Assembly: GCA_030390025.1 (NCBI GenBank)
Contig: CM059432.1
Location: forward strand, 73,100,001 to 73,164,000
Length of the DNA: 64,000 bases
Direction: 5' to 3'
Source: Squalus acanthias
Lineage: Eukaryota
The notes beneath the pieces were generated by a model. It did no database searches. It saw only the letters and a list, made by a program, of their open reading frames with translations, and had not been told where the DNA came from. Numbering within the stretch: position 1 is the stretch's first letter; each line of letters opens with the position of its first letter. Both the position numbers and the translations under genes were made by a program. Shown here in pieces: positions 11,449 through 24,232 of this stretch.

Positions 11449-13359
11449 ATGACTTCTTCCAGAGGCAAGGCAGCTCCTCGGTTCAATGATGAGTCCCTTC
11501 AAGTTCTTGTCGATTCTGTCAGAGGGCACAGGGAGATTCTCTTCCCACCTGATGGCCGGAGGAAGCCTCCTCAGCAGACCAAGGCAGCCTGGCTGCGCAT
11601 TGCTCAGGAGGTGAGCGCAAGGTGCATTTATGCACGCTCATGGATCCAGTGCCGCAAAGGGTATAATGATCTTGTGAGAACATCAAAAGTGAGTATCCCA
11701 TCTCACTGGTCTTCACTCTGCTACCCTTCTCTTCTCATCACCTGCACTCTGCTTTGGAAGCCTCCTCCTTCACATCCCACCTTACTCTTACTTCCCTTGC
11801 ACCCTTTCCTATCCATCTCTGTCTCTGCACTGAATCACTTCAGCATCCTGCCGAGGCACCCTTTAGACTCGCTCTCACTGTCGTGCAGTGACAACAACTA
11901 ACAACGCACAGGGAGCTGCCTTCCTCTTGGCACCTTACCCCATCTTTGTCTCACTCAAAGCTTCTATAGTTGGGATTAATCACACTCACTCCATCACTGT
12001 GGCTGAAACACCGCTTGTGTCCCTCCTTGCAGGAAAAGATAGCCCACAATAAGAGGGAGAGAGCAAAGACTGGAGGAGAAACAGCTTCCCTTGCAACATT
12101 GACCAGTGCTGAGGAGGCTGCAAACGAGATTGTTGGAGGTGGCGAGGACCTGGAAGTGGGCGATGGAGAGACGGGCACACTAGAGGAAGCTGGTGACATA
12201 ATAGAGTTTCATCCCTCTCAGAAAGCAATGGAATATGATGTTCATAGAGAATCGCTTTGTATCATCTGTTCAAAAGGATGTGTCTGCTACATCAATATCA
12301 GATGTCTAATTCAAGCCTTTACTCTCCCACAGGACCATTGAGCGCCCCCCTCCCCACGATCCCGGACGAAGACCCGGATATCTCCTCAGAGGAACCTGAA
12401 GCCTCTGAGGGACCAGCGTCACCAGGACTCAGCAACGCTCACCTCGGTGGGGCCATCGCGAGTTAGAGTAGTGTTGCCACCTGGTCTATCACAGCGCACA
12501 AGTGAGCATTAGCAGATGGTGGAGACAGCGACAGCAGTGGAGAGTCCTCTGCGGGGGTCGCAGGACTCTCCTAGCTCTGCTGAGCTGCATGCAGACGCTG
12601 TGCCTCTGGGGCCATCCAGAAAAAGAGTGGTTCGTGAAATACAGGAACAAGTGCAGGTGTCTCTGGAAGGGTTTGTCTCCAGGGTGAGTGTGGAGAGAAT
12701 GGAGGAGTCCATCTGTAACATCAGCACTGCTGTGGTGGAGGCAATGGTGCATGAACGCACCACCATGGATAGGATGGCAACCTTCGTGGAAAGGATGGCT
12801 ACCTCAGTGGAAAGGATGGCTACGGCCATGGAGGAAATAAATCGCCAGAGTCAGGAAAACATGGTGACTGTTCAGAATAGACTGACATCTCTGGAGGAGC
12901 GATGGGCAGCTATTGAGCAGAGAGACCAGAGCTTCGTGGACGTCCTTTTGAGGAGGACTGCCAGTGCAGATATGGGTCCTCATGGCCCCCCGAAGTGCAG
13001 CAAGGTGCTCTCCTGCCACTTGCCAGCACTGAGGTGCGGCTGACCCATGAGAGGGATGTTGTTGACAGGACAGAAGTGTGGGCTCCTCTCAAAGCGCTCG
13101 CACGACCATGCCACTGCGGAGCCCTCGGTCAGAGACCCACTTTGCAGAGACAACTGAGATGGCTGTTTCAGCCCCTGCACAGCCGCAGGAAGAGCAGACT
13201 GTTGAAGAGCCCTCCCAGGCTCCCAAACCCAGAGGACGCCCGCCAAAGGCGTCTAAGCAGGCGCAGCATCCTAGTGAGCAAGGTGCCTCTACATCTGCTG
13301 AAGCCACAGGGGAAGCACCACGTAGAAGCACGCGTAAGAGAAAAAGTAAGCATCTATAG
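11449..13359 (+). pseudogene. Harbinger Myb/SANT-like DNA-binding protein, spliced (exons 11449-11688, 12033-12192, 12333-13359), with frameshifts and a stop in exon 3
   Basis: APRFNDESLQVLVDSV...W..IAQEV...RSWIQCRKGYNDL trihelix domain; GT/AG junctions keep frame (phase 0 then 1); VERMATS heptads; basic C-terminus RRSTRKRKSK. Confidence 0.85.
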
Positions 13360-13514
13360 TCACAAGGGGACTCACTTGGGTGATGTTTCTTTTTTTTCTG
13401 ACTGTTGTTGGTATATTTTGTCATGTGTTAAAGATAAATTATGGCAAACAGTTGATTGTGTGGCCTATGTGTTCTGGGAAATGGAAAAAGCGCATTGAGG
13501 GCTCAGGGCGACTT

Positions 13515-14886
13515 ACATAGAAACATAGAACATAGAAAAATAGGAGCAGGAGTAGGCCATTCGGCCCTTCGAGCCTGCTCCCTGCAATTCAATATGATAA
13601 TGACTGATCCTCCATCTCAATAGCATATTCCTGCTCTCTCCCCATACCCCTTGATGCCTTTTGTGTCTAGAAATCTATCTATCTCCTTCTTAAATATATT
13701 CAGAGACTTGGCTTCCACAGCCTCCTGTGGTAGAGAATTCCACACGTTCACCACCCTCTGAGTGAAGAAATTTCTCCTCATCTCAGTCCTAAATGTCCTA
13801 CCCCGTATCCTGAGACTGTGACCCCTCGTTCTAGACCCCCCAGCCAGGGGAAACATCCTCCCTGCATCCAGTCTATCTAGCCTTGTCAGAATTTTATACG
13901 TTTCAATGAGACCCCCTCTCATTCTTCTAAACTCTAGTGAATACAGGCCTAGTCAACCCAAACTCTCCTCATACGATAGTCCTGCCATCCCAGGAATCAG
14001 TCTTGTGAACCTTCGCTGCACTCCCTCTATGGCAAGTATATCCTTTCTTAAGTAAGGAGACCAAAACTGCACACAGTACTCCAGATGTGGTCTCACTAAG
14101 GCCCTGTATAACTGTAGTAAGACATCCTTGCTCCTGTACTCAAATCCTCTTGCAATGAAGGCCAACATACCATTTGCCTTCCTAACTGCTTGCTGCACCT
14201 GAATGTTTGCTTTCAGTGACTGGTGTACAAGGACACCCAGGTCCCTTTGTACATCAACATTTCCCAATCTATCACCATTGAAATAATACTCTGCCTTTCT
14301 GTTTTTCCTACCGAAGTGGATAACTTCACATTTATCCACGTTATACTGCATCTGCCATGTATTTGCCCACTCACTCAACTTGTCTAAATCACCTTGAAGC
14401 CTCTTTGCATCCTCCTCACAACTCACAATCCCACCTAGTTTCATGTCGTCAGCAAACTTGGAAATATTACATTTGGTTCCCTCATCCAAATCATTGATAT
14501 ATATTGTGAATAGCTGGGGCCCAAGCACTGACCCCTGCGGTACCCCACTAGTCACCGCCTGCCATCCCGAAAAAGACCCATTTATTCTTACTCTGTTAAC
14601 CAATTTTCAATCCATGCCAGTATATTACCCCCAATCCCATGTGCTTTAAGTTTGCACACTAACCTCTTATGTGGGACTTTATCAAAGGCCTTCTGAAAAT
14701 CCAAATACACCACATCCACTGGTGCTCCCTTATCTATTCTACCAGTTACATCCTCAAAAAACTCCAGTAGGTTTGTCAAACACAATTTCCCTTTCATAAA
14801 TCCATGTTGACTTTGTCTAATCCCGTTGATATTTTCTAAGTGTCCTGTTATCACATCCTTTACAATAGACTCTAGCATTTTCCCTA
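13515..14886 (-). mobile_element. 5'-truncated CR1 nested in the Harbinger element
   Basis: [12 protein letters not shown]...[26 protein letters not shown] tail. Confidence 0.95.
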
Positions 14887-15401
14887 CATTTGTAATGCTG
14901 ATGATAACACTGATAGGAAATAAGAGGGTATAGCAGAGATGAAGTATGACGTTGAACAAGTGTCACCTGCAATTACAGAGCCATATGGTGGCCACCTATG
15001 GTCGAAGAGTAAGCTTATGGTAGTGTGGCATGGCAGTGTGCATACCCTGATTGACAGGCAGCAGTGAACTGGAGGAATGCTGCATTGGTCACAACAGGGC
15101 ATGCAAGGCTCCCCTCGTCCTCCTCCTTCTCCTCTTCCCAGGAAGCTATGTGGTGAGCCACGTGGCTTCTACTCCCCCGATTATGAGGACCAGGATGAGA
15201 GGGCATAAATGTTTCCCATCCCCTTGCTATAGATTTCAATTGAGGTAACAATCTTGCAAGCGCACAGTCGAAGTGGCTTGAAGTATTTCCATTCATGACA
15301 CACAGCAGATGGGTGTCAGCTTGAACAGTCAGGTCAGTAGATGTGCAAAATGTTATCCCATACCTATAACAGCAAAGTTGTTGCATTTGAATGTCAGCCA
15401 T
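14887..15401 (-). pseudogene. Probable decayed N-terminus of the Harbinger transposase
   Basis: Position convergent to the Myb gene inside the TIRs; basic/acidic run and weak similarity to the start of the transposase at 22185. Confidence 0.4.
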
Positions 15402-18400
15402 GTTTCTGGGGTGCTTTTAAAGCGCTCCACCAATGCATACAAACCATGTCCTCCAGCAACTCATCTCCTTGAACCTGGCCTGTTTCTGACTAGTCGGGAA
15501 ACAGGAGCCAGAAGCAGGAAGATGGGAAACCACTGTGAAAATAGGATTAGCAAGGCAGTTAACAGGCTGTTAACTGCCTTAACTACCTGTCCCACCGGTT
15601 GGAGACGGGTCAGTTTGGGAGCGGCTAAACAGACACTCAGGAAAATCGGGTGGGGGCGGGATGGAGGCGGGTTGGGTGTCTAAAGCCATTTTTCCCGATT
15701 TTCCCAACGGACCCGCCTCCAAACCCGTCTCCTCAGGGCTATTAAAATCGAGCCCAATACTCCAGTTGAGTCCGAACCAATGTTTTATACAAGTTCATCA
15801 TAATTTCCACGCTATTGTACTCTATTCATGAAGCCCAGGATCCCGTAAGCTTTTTTAACCACTTTTTCAACCTGCCCTAGCACCTTCAACGATTTGTGCA
15901 CATATACCCCTAAGTCTCTCTGTTCATGCACCCCCTTTAGGATTGTACCCTTTAGTTTATATTTCCTCTCTTCATTCTTTCTACCAAAATGTATCACTTT
16001 GCACTTTTCTGCGTTAAATTTCATCTGCCACGTGTCCGCTCATTCCACCAGCCTGTCTATGTCCTCTTGAAGTGTATCACTATCCTCCTCACTGTTCACT
16101 ATACTTCCAAGTTTTGTGTCATCTGCAAATTTTTAAATTGTGCCCTGTACACCCACATCCAAGTCATTAATATATATTAAGAAAAGCAGTGGTCTTAGAA
16201 CCGACCCCTGGGGAACACCACTATATACCTTCCTCCAGTCCGAAAAACAACCATTCACCAACACTCTGTTTCCTGTCACTTAGCCAATTTCGTATCCATG
16301 CTGCCACTGTCCCTTTTATTCCATGGGCTTCAACTTTGCTGGTAAGCCTATTATGTGGCACTTTGTTGAATGCCTTTTGGAAATCCATGTACACATCAAA
16401 CGCATTGCCCTCATCAGCCCTCTCTGTTACCTCATCATTAAAAAACTCAATCAAGTTGGTTAAACACGATTTGCCTTTAACAAATCCGTGCTGGCTTTCC
16501 TTAATTAATCCACACTTGTCCAAGTGACTGTTAATTTTGTCCCTGATTATTGTTTCTAAAAGCTTCCCCACTGCCAAGGTTAAACTGGCTGGCCTGTAGT
16601 TGCTGGGTTTTTGATCAAGGGTGTAACATTTACAGTTCTCTAGTCCTCTGGCACCACCCCTGTTTCTAAGGAGGATTGGAAGATTATGGCCAGTACCTCC
16701 GCGATTTCTTCCTTTACTTCCCTCAGCATCCTAGGATGCATCCCATGTGGTCCTGGTGACTTATCTACTTTAAGTACAGCCAGCCTTTCTAGTACCTCCT
16801 CTTTATCAGTGTTTATCCCATCCAGTATCTCCTCTACCTCCTCCTTCACTATGTCTGCAGCAGCATCTTCTTCCTTGATGAAGACAGATGCAAATTACTC
16901 ATTTAGCACCTGTGCCATGCCCTCTGCCTCGATGCGTAGGTCTCCTTTTTGGTCCCTAATCAGCCCCACCCCTCCTCTTACTAGCCGTTTATTATTTATA
17001 GAAGACTTTTGGATTAACTTTTATGTTGGCTGCCATTCTATTCTCATACCCTCTCTTTGCCCCTCTTATTTTCTTTTTCACTTCCCCTCTGAACTTTCTA
17101 TGTTTACCCTGATTCTCAGATGTATTCTTGACCTGACATCTGTCATACGCACTCTTTTTCTGCTTCATCTTACTCTCTATCTCTTTCGTCATCCCGGGAG
17201 CTCTGACTTTAGTTGCCCTACCTTTCCCCCTCGTGGGAATGTACCTCGACTGTACCCGAACTATTTCCTCTTTAAAGGCAGCCCATTGTTCCATTACAGT
17301 TTTGCTTGCCAATCTTTGATTCCAATTTACCTGGGCCAGATCTGTTCTCATCCCACTGAAATTTGCCTTCCTCCAATTAAGTATTTTTACCCTAGATTGC
17401 TCTCTGTCCTTATCCATAGCTAATCTAAACCTTATGATACTATGTTCACCGACTGAAACTTGCTCCACTTGACCTATCTCATTCCCCAGAACCAGGTCCA
17501 GTAATGCCTCCTTCCTCATTGGGCTGGAAACATACTGATCAAGAAAGTTCTCCTGAACTCACTTCAGAAATTCTTCCCCCTCTCTGCCCTTTACACTATT
17601 ACGATCCCAGTCTATATTAGGATAGCTGAAGTCCCCCATCATCACTACTCTATAGTTCTTGCATCTCTCTGTAATTTCTCTGCAAATTTGCTCCTCCATA
17701 TTTTTCCCACTAGTTAGTGGCCTATAGAATACATCTAGTAGTGTAATGGCACCTCTATTATTTCTTAACTCTAGCCATATAGATTCTGTCCTTGACCCCT
17801 CCAGGACATCCTCCCTCTCCAGCACTGTAACATTCTCCTTAACCAATACTGCCACACCACCTCATATCTTTCCTTCCCTATCTTTCCTGAACACCTTATA
17901 TCCAGGAATATTTAGTACCCAATCCTGCCCTTTTTTGAGCCAGGTCACCGTATTGCCACAACATCATATTCCCATGTGGCTCTTTGCGCCTGTGGCTCAC
18001 CAACCTTATTTACCACGCTTCGTGCGTTCACACACATGCACTGTAAACCTATCTTAGACCATCCTGTGTTCTTCTTAGTCTGACCCCACCTAATACCTTA
18101 CTATTTCTTACTTTAGTGCTATCTCTCTCTCCCAATCCTTTGTGCACCTTGTTTCTCCTTTCTAATGCTACATCCTGGTGCCCACCCCCCTGCCAACTTA
18201 GTTTAAACCCTCCCCAACAGCACTAGCAAACCACCCTGTGAGGATATTGGTACCGGCTCTGTTGAGGTGCAACCCGTCCGGTCTGTACAGGTCCCACCTC
18301 CCCCAAAACTGGCCCCAATGCCCCAGGAATCTGAAGCCCTCCCTCCTGCACCATCTCTCCAGCCACGCATTCATCTGTGCTATCCTCCTATTTCTATACT

Positions 18401-19121
18401 CACTTGCGCGTGGCACCGAGAGTAATCCAGAGAGTACTAGCTTTGAGGTCCTGCTTTTTAATCTCTTTCCTAGCTCCCTGAAATCTGCCTGCAGGACCTC
18501 ATCCCTCTACCTATGTCGTTGGTACCGATATGGACCAAGACCTCTGGCTGTTCACCCTCCCCCCTCAGAATGTTCCGCAGCCGCTCAGTGACATCCTTAA
18601 CCCTGGCACCAGAGAGGCAACATACCATCCTGGAGTCACGTCTGCGGCCGCAGAAACGCCTGTCTGCTCCCCTAACTATCGAATCCCCTACCACTATTGC
18701 TTTCCCTATCTTCCTCCTCCCACCACTCCCCGTACAGCTGAGCCACCCGTGGTGCCGTGGACTTGGCTCTGGGACCATTGCCCTCACCAGTACTCAGAAC
18801 AGAATACTGGTTGGAGTGCAAGATGCACTCAGGGGACTCCTGCACTATCTGCCTGGTCCTCCTCTTCTGTCTGGCGGTCACCCATTCCCTCTCTACCTGC
18901 ACACTCCTTAGCTGTCCATTCTTTTTATCATCTTGAATATCCCTATCAAATCCTCTGTCAATCTTCTCTTTTCAAGAAAATCCAGCCCAAGTTGCTCTAG
19001 CCTTTCCTCAGAACTCAGACCCCTGATCCCTGCTATAATTCTGGTAAATCCATGTTGCTCTTTCTCCAGGGTTATTATATCCTTGAATCAGTTTAAGTAC
19101 CCATGATGGGGAAAAAAATAC

Positions 19122-19316
19122 AGGGAGAAATTTCCCTAGACTCCATGCCACTGGGGTCTTGCACTCAGTGGAAAATCATAGGTGCACTAACTGCGATTTT
19201 CCGTCTATTAAAATCTATGGACAGAAAGTTGCAGGCTGTACACTCCTGATTTTTTGACAAGCCGCCCGCTGTGTGTGAGGCCCTACCTGTAGTGAGGTGG
19301 CTTGGAAAATTCTGCT
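19122..19316. mobile_element. Short palindromic MITE
   Basis: GGGAGAAATTTCC ... GGAAAATTCTGCTC ends with an internal dyad around CTATTAAAATCTATGG. Confidence 0.5.
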
Positions 19317-19627
19317 CACAGAATACTAACAAGCATGATATTTATACTACATGGGGGACAGTGTAACATATAAGTGATAGTAATCAGTTATGCATCAGTA
19401 GTTCATTAACATAAATAGCATATTAGAACAATATCGATGGAGTACACAATGAATAAACCGAGAAATGTCAGCATATAAATTCCTATATGAATTTAAAATT
19501 CTCTCACTCTATAAAATGACACTTTTGTTGCAGATATTCATTTCCATGGTTGTCCAGCTGTACTACACAATGTAACACGAATAGTGCCATTGCAATGATA
19601 AGATGATTGTGTGGCCCCAATAGCTGA

Positions 19628-21570
19628 TCCCATCTCCTCTGGAGATCTTCCCCTCACGGACTCCAACCTCATAGTCCCCCAAACCCACACAGTCTGCTTC
19701 TAACTCCTTCCCATGATCCACAAACAGGACTGCCCTGGAAGACCCATCATTTCAGCCTGTTCCTGTCCCATGGAACTTACTTCTTCCTATCTCGACTCTA
19801 TTTTTTCTTCCCTTGTCTACTCTCTTCCTAACTACATCCGCGACTCTTCCGACGCCCTCCGCCACTTTAACAGTTTCCTGGTCCTAACCGTCTCCTTTCC
19901 TCCATGGACATCCAGTCCCTCTACACCTCCATCCCCCACCAGAACGGCCATAATTTCTTCCTTGAACGGAGGCCCAACCAGTCCCCAATCCTCCTGCGCC
20001 TGATTAACTTGCATTGAACAACTTCTCCTTTGACTCCACTCACTTCCTCCAAATATGCCTGCCTTTTCGTGGAACATTCTTTATTGCAGTCCTAATCAGG
20101 TTCCCTCCCTCACCTCTTTCCCTGGTACACTGATGACTGCATTGTTGCCGCTTCCTGCTCTCACCCTGAACTGGAAAATTTCATCAACTTTGCTTCCAAT
20201 TTCCACCTCTCCCTCGCCTTCAAATGGTCCATCTCTGACTCTTCCCTTCCCTTCCTCGACTTCTCTATCTCCATTTCTGGGGATAGGCTGCCAACCAATA
20301 TCTACGATAAGCCCACTGACTCCCACAGCTATCTTGATTACACTTCCTGTAAGGACTCTATTCCATTCTCCAAGTTTCTCCGTCATATCTGTTCTGATGA
20401 TGCCACATTCCACACCAGTGCTTCCAACATGTCTTCCTTTTTCCTCAACCGAGAATTCCCCTGCACCATGGTTGACAGGGCCCTCGACTGTGTCCATCCC
20501 ATTTTCCGCACTTCTGCCCTTACCCCTTCCCCTCCCTCCCAGAATCACGACAGGGTTCCCCTTGTCCTCACCTTCCACCCCACCAGCCTCCATATTCAAT
20601 GGATCATCCTTTGCCATCTTCAGCGCGATGCCACCACCAAATGCATCTTCCCCTCCCCTCCCCTCCCAGCATTTCGAAGGGACCGTTGCCTCTGTGACAC
20701 TCTGATCCACTCCTCTATCATGCCCAAGACGCACTCCCTTTCCCACGGCACCTTCCCGTGCAAGTGCAGGAGATACAACACCTGCCCTTTCACAACCTCC
20801 CTTCCCACCGTCCAGGGCCCCAAACACACCTTCCAGGTGAAACAGCGATTTACTTGTATTTCTTACAATTTAGTATACTGTATTCGCTGCTCACGACGTG
20901 GTCTCCTCTACATTGGGAAGACTAAATGCAGATTGGGTGATCGCTTTGCTGAACACCTTGTTCAGTCCGCAAGCGTGACCCTGAGCTTCCGGTCGCTTGC
21001 CATTTTAATTCTATGTCCCACTCCCACCTGACCTCTCTGTCCTCAGCCTCTTACACTGTTCCTATGAAGCTTAATGGAATCTTGAGGAATAGCACTTCAT
21101 CTTTCGATTAGGCATTTTACAACCTTCCGGACTCAACATTAAGTTCAACACTTTCAGATCATAACCAATGCTCCCATATTTTGGCCAGCAGATGCTGGTA
21201 ATGATTCTGCTGTTGCCATTTACAGCTCCTCTAGACCCATCTTCTGTTTCTTTACTTGTCCCATTACCACTCCTTTTTGTCTTGCACCATCACCCCTTTT
21301 GTAATTTAATCACTCCTACCTTCCACCTTATCACAGATCTTCCCTTTAGTTCTTTCCACCAACTCTCTCCCCCACCACCCCCCTTCTCCTGGCTCTGTAC
21401 TTGCTTAAAAACTGTTAAATCTCTAACTACTTCCAGTTCTGACGAAAGGTCAGCGGCCTGAAACGTTAACTCTGTTTCTCTCTCCACAGATGCTGCCTGA
21501 CCTGCTGAGTATTTCCAGCATTCTATGTTTTTATTTCAGATTTACAGCATCCGCAGTATTTTGCTTTTGA
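19628..21570 (+). mobile_element. Penelope-like retroelement (RT, GIY-YIG endonuclease, pLTR), decayed
   Basis: IHKQDCPGRPIISACSCP and YIRDSSD RT motifs; NLVYCIRC..LYIGKTKCRLGDRFAEH GIY-YIG; 3' repeat carrying a hammerhead. Confidence 0.92.
21434..21474 (+). ncRNA. Minimal type I hammerhead ribozyme in the Penelope pLTR
   Basis: AGTT-CTGACGA-A-AGGTC(AGC)GGCCT-GAAA-CGTT-AACT: core, stem II, palindromic stem III, stem I AGTT/AACT. Confidence 0.75.
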
Positions 21571-22184
21571 ACATGTACAATACACTAGTTGTGGGAATAA
21601 CTCATGCAGCCCATAATGACAATGTATTATAAGCTTAATAAAAGGTATTAAAAAAACATTAGGGACGATTATAATCCACCCCACCTGGCAGGAGTTGCTG
21701 CAGAGTACTTACAGCTCTGTTCCCGCTGCGTTCCTGCCGGCTGCCATTTTAATCACAGTTTTTTAGTCGGCCAAAATGCCTGCTAGAGACAGACAGGGGC
21801 CTCATGAATGCATGCAGCACACTGGAACATAAGTCCTATGACCTACAGAGGCGGGGGCCTCATGAATACATACAAATCAGGCTCCTGAGATGTCATTTGG
21901 AGCCCAACATGATTTTAACACGAAATCACAGAAGTCTCGCCCAACACCCAAACTACTAGTAAAACTTGGCATGATTGATCACTCAGGGCCACTGAAAGCT
22001 ATATTTAAAGAGGCATCATCTGCAGCTCATAGGACTTATGTGCCATTGTGCTGTTTGGATTGCCAGAAAAGTTTCCAGCTTCCAGATTGCTTCTTTCTGA
22101 TATTTTTTTGCCTTGCTTACCCTCAGCGAGCTCTAACTGTTAACATGGGTGCCATTATTGGCAGTTTGATTTGGATGGGGGAAG

Positions 22185-23235
22185 AGGTGGAGCAATAGGA
22201 GCAGCAGCCCCAGCATCCAGCACAAGCAGCAGTAACTGGGCCGACTGGAAGATTGCAAGTGAGGGGCGTGGCTCATATGAGGCCATATCTAGCACAGAGG
22301 GTGTATAGGCCAAGAGTGAGTTTCTTGGATCTATCTGAAAAGCAGTGCATGAGGAGGCTGCACTTCTCCAAGCAAGCTGTTGCAGACCTGTGCAGTTTCC
22401 TGCAACATGGCCTGCTGGACCAAGCGACCATGCTTTGCCAGTGGCTGTAAAAGTCACCACAGCTCTTAACTTCTTTGCCACTGGCTCCTTCCAGGCTGCT
22501 ACAGGGTTCTTCTCCCACATATCCCAGTCTGTAGCGCACAGCTGGACTAAGCAGATCACCAATTCCATGTTCATCAGGGCTAACCAGTACATCACGCTCC
22601 CCAGTACATCACGCTCCCCAGTGATGTCAACAGTCAGCAGGAGAGAGGTCAGGGATTTCAGCAGCAGCTGATTTCCTTCGCATCCCATGACTGCACACAG
22701 GTTGCTATCAGGGCACCAGAACACCAGCCAGCAGCATTCATGTACAGGAAGGGCTACCACTCCATTAATGTCCAGTTAGTCTCCGATCACAGAAACAGGA
22801 TAATGCAAGCGAATGCAAAATTCCCAAGCAGCTGTCAAAATGGTTTTATCCTGCAATACTCAACCATCACAATATTCAAAACTTCCAGGAACGTGACAGC
22901 ATGTCTGCGAGAGGAAAAGGGATACCCCTTACATACATTGCTCATGACACCCCTTCACAACCCCACCACGCCTGAGCAACACAGGTATAATCAAAGCCGG
23001 GGAGATACCAGGATCATATTTGAGCACACCATTGGGCTCTTTACACAGAGGTTCAGGTGTTTTGACAGGTCTGTGGGCTTCCTACAATATGCCCCACCAA
23101 GAGTCTCCCACTTTGTAGTGGCGTGCTGCATCCTGCACAACTCTGCCATACAAAGAGGCCTGTATTTGAAGGAGGCACAGCAGCAGTCCTCATCAGACGA
23201 GGAAGACCAAGGTGAAAGCGAGGACTTGTTACTCA
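22185..23235 (+). pseudogene. Harbinger (HARBI1-like) DDE transposase, frameshifted
   Basis: RVYRPRVSFLDLSEKQC, KVTTALNFFATGSFQ, YRKGYHSINVQLV, KGYPL..LMTP, EHTIGL..RFRC, CCILHN. Confidence 0.9.
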
Positions 23236-23693
23236 CACAAAAGCAAAATACTGCGGATGCTGGAAGTCTGAAATAAAAACAGAAAATGCTGGAAATACTC
23301 AGCAAGTCAGGCAGCAGCTGTGGAGAGAGAAACAGAGTTAACGTTTCAGGTCGGTGATCCTTCATCAGAACTGGAAAATGTTAGCTCTGCCCCCGGACAG
23401 CAGCTGCTGATGATTCTGCTATTCCCATTTGCACCTCCTCCAGGCCCATCTTTTGTTTCTTTACTTGTCCCATTACCACCCGCTTTTGCCTTGCACTGTC
23501 ATCCCTTTTGTCATTCAATCTCTCCTGCCTTCCACCCTATCACGGACCTTCCCTTTTGTCCTTTCCTCCCCTCGCCCCTTTCCCTGCCTCTGTACTTGCT
23601 TAAAACCGGTTATATTTCTAACATTTTCCAATTCTGACAAAAGGTCATCGACCTGAAACGTTAAGTCTGTTTCTCTCTCCATAGATGCTGCCT
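23236..23693. mobile_element. Inverted (tail-out) pair of Penelope pLTR fragments
   Basis: 23238-23385 is the reverse complement, and 23385-23693 a direct copy, of the 21170-21570 repeat; flanked by a 13-bp duplication GACTTGTTACTCA. Confidence 0.85.
23333..23373 (-). ncRNA. Minimal hammerhead ribozyme with canonical CUGAUGA core
   Basis: Minus strand reads CAGTT-CTGATGA-AGGATCACCGACCT-GAAA-CGTT-AACTCTG. Confidence 0.7.
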
Positions 23694-23928
23694 GACTTGT
23701 TACTCATGTTGGAACCCTTGAGATACTCATGGCCAGCACAGGTGCGCAAGCCTGTGAGGGCCCATCTGTAGACTTCGGCTGCTGCCGGGGCAGTCTGGCC
23801 CAGCTGACTTCCTGGCACCATGGCAGGTATTGGTTGAGAATGTGTCAATGGAGCAGACATCCTAAGAGAGAACAACATGTACTGCTCTCACTGCCACTCC
23901 CATGGGGCTGTTGCTCATCAGTCCACTG

Positions 23929-24232
23929 ATTTTTTTTCATTCATGTGATGTGGGCGTCGCTGGCAAGGCCAGCATTATTGCCCATCCCTAATTGCCCTTG
24001 AGAAGGTAGTGGTGAGCCGCCTTCTTGAACGGTTGCAGTCCGTGAGGTGTAGATACTCCCACAGTGCTGGGAGGGAGTTCCAAGATTTTGACCGAGCAAC
24101 GCTGAAGGAACGGCGATATATTTCCAAGTCAGGATGGTGTGTGACTTGGAGGGAAACTTGCAGGTGGTGGTGTTCCCGTGTGCCTGTTGCCCTTATCCTT
24201 CTAGGTGGTAGAGGTTGCGGGTTTGGGAGGTG
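23929..24232 (-). mobile_element. 3' end of a CR1/L2-group LINE
   Basis: Reverse complement of about 46030-46340. Confidence 0.8.

Larger units (their letters stand above)
11188..15755. mobile_element. PIF/Harbinger DNA transposon (decayed autonomous-type copy) inserted in CR1
   Basis: Perfect 15-bp TIR GGGCTCGATTTTAAT; 3-bp TSD AGT/AAT; Myb/SANT gene on + and probable transposase remnant on -. Confidence 0.9.
10170..18910 (-). mobile_element. Near full-length CR1 LINE (ORF1 SGNH esterase, APE endonuclease, RT), split by a SINE and a Harbinger element
   Basis: AIVVGDSIVRG...VHIGTND esterase at 18200-18790; MMGDFSYPNIDW and LDLVL endonuclease at 17000-17860; QHGFVKGKSCLTNL RT; CATAGAAT tail at 10170; sequence is colinear across both insertions. 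Confidence 0.92.

Noticed and set aside
16686..20827. Long ORFs 16686-17423 (+), 20055-20705 (+) and 20096-20827 (-)
   Set aside because: Antisense or off-frame shadows of CR1 and Penelope coding sequence
22185..23276. Host HARBI1 gene
   Set aside because: Multiple frameshifts and several decayed relatives in the window; these are transposon copies, not the domesticated gene
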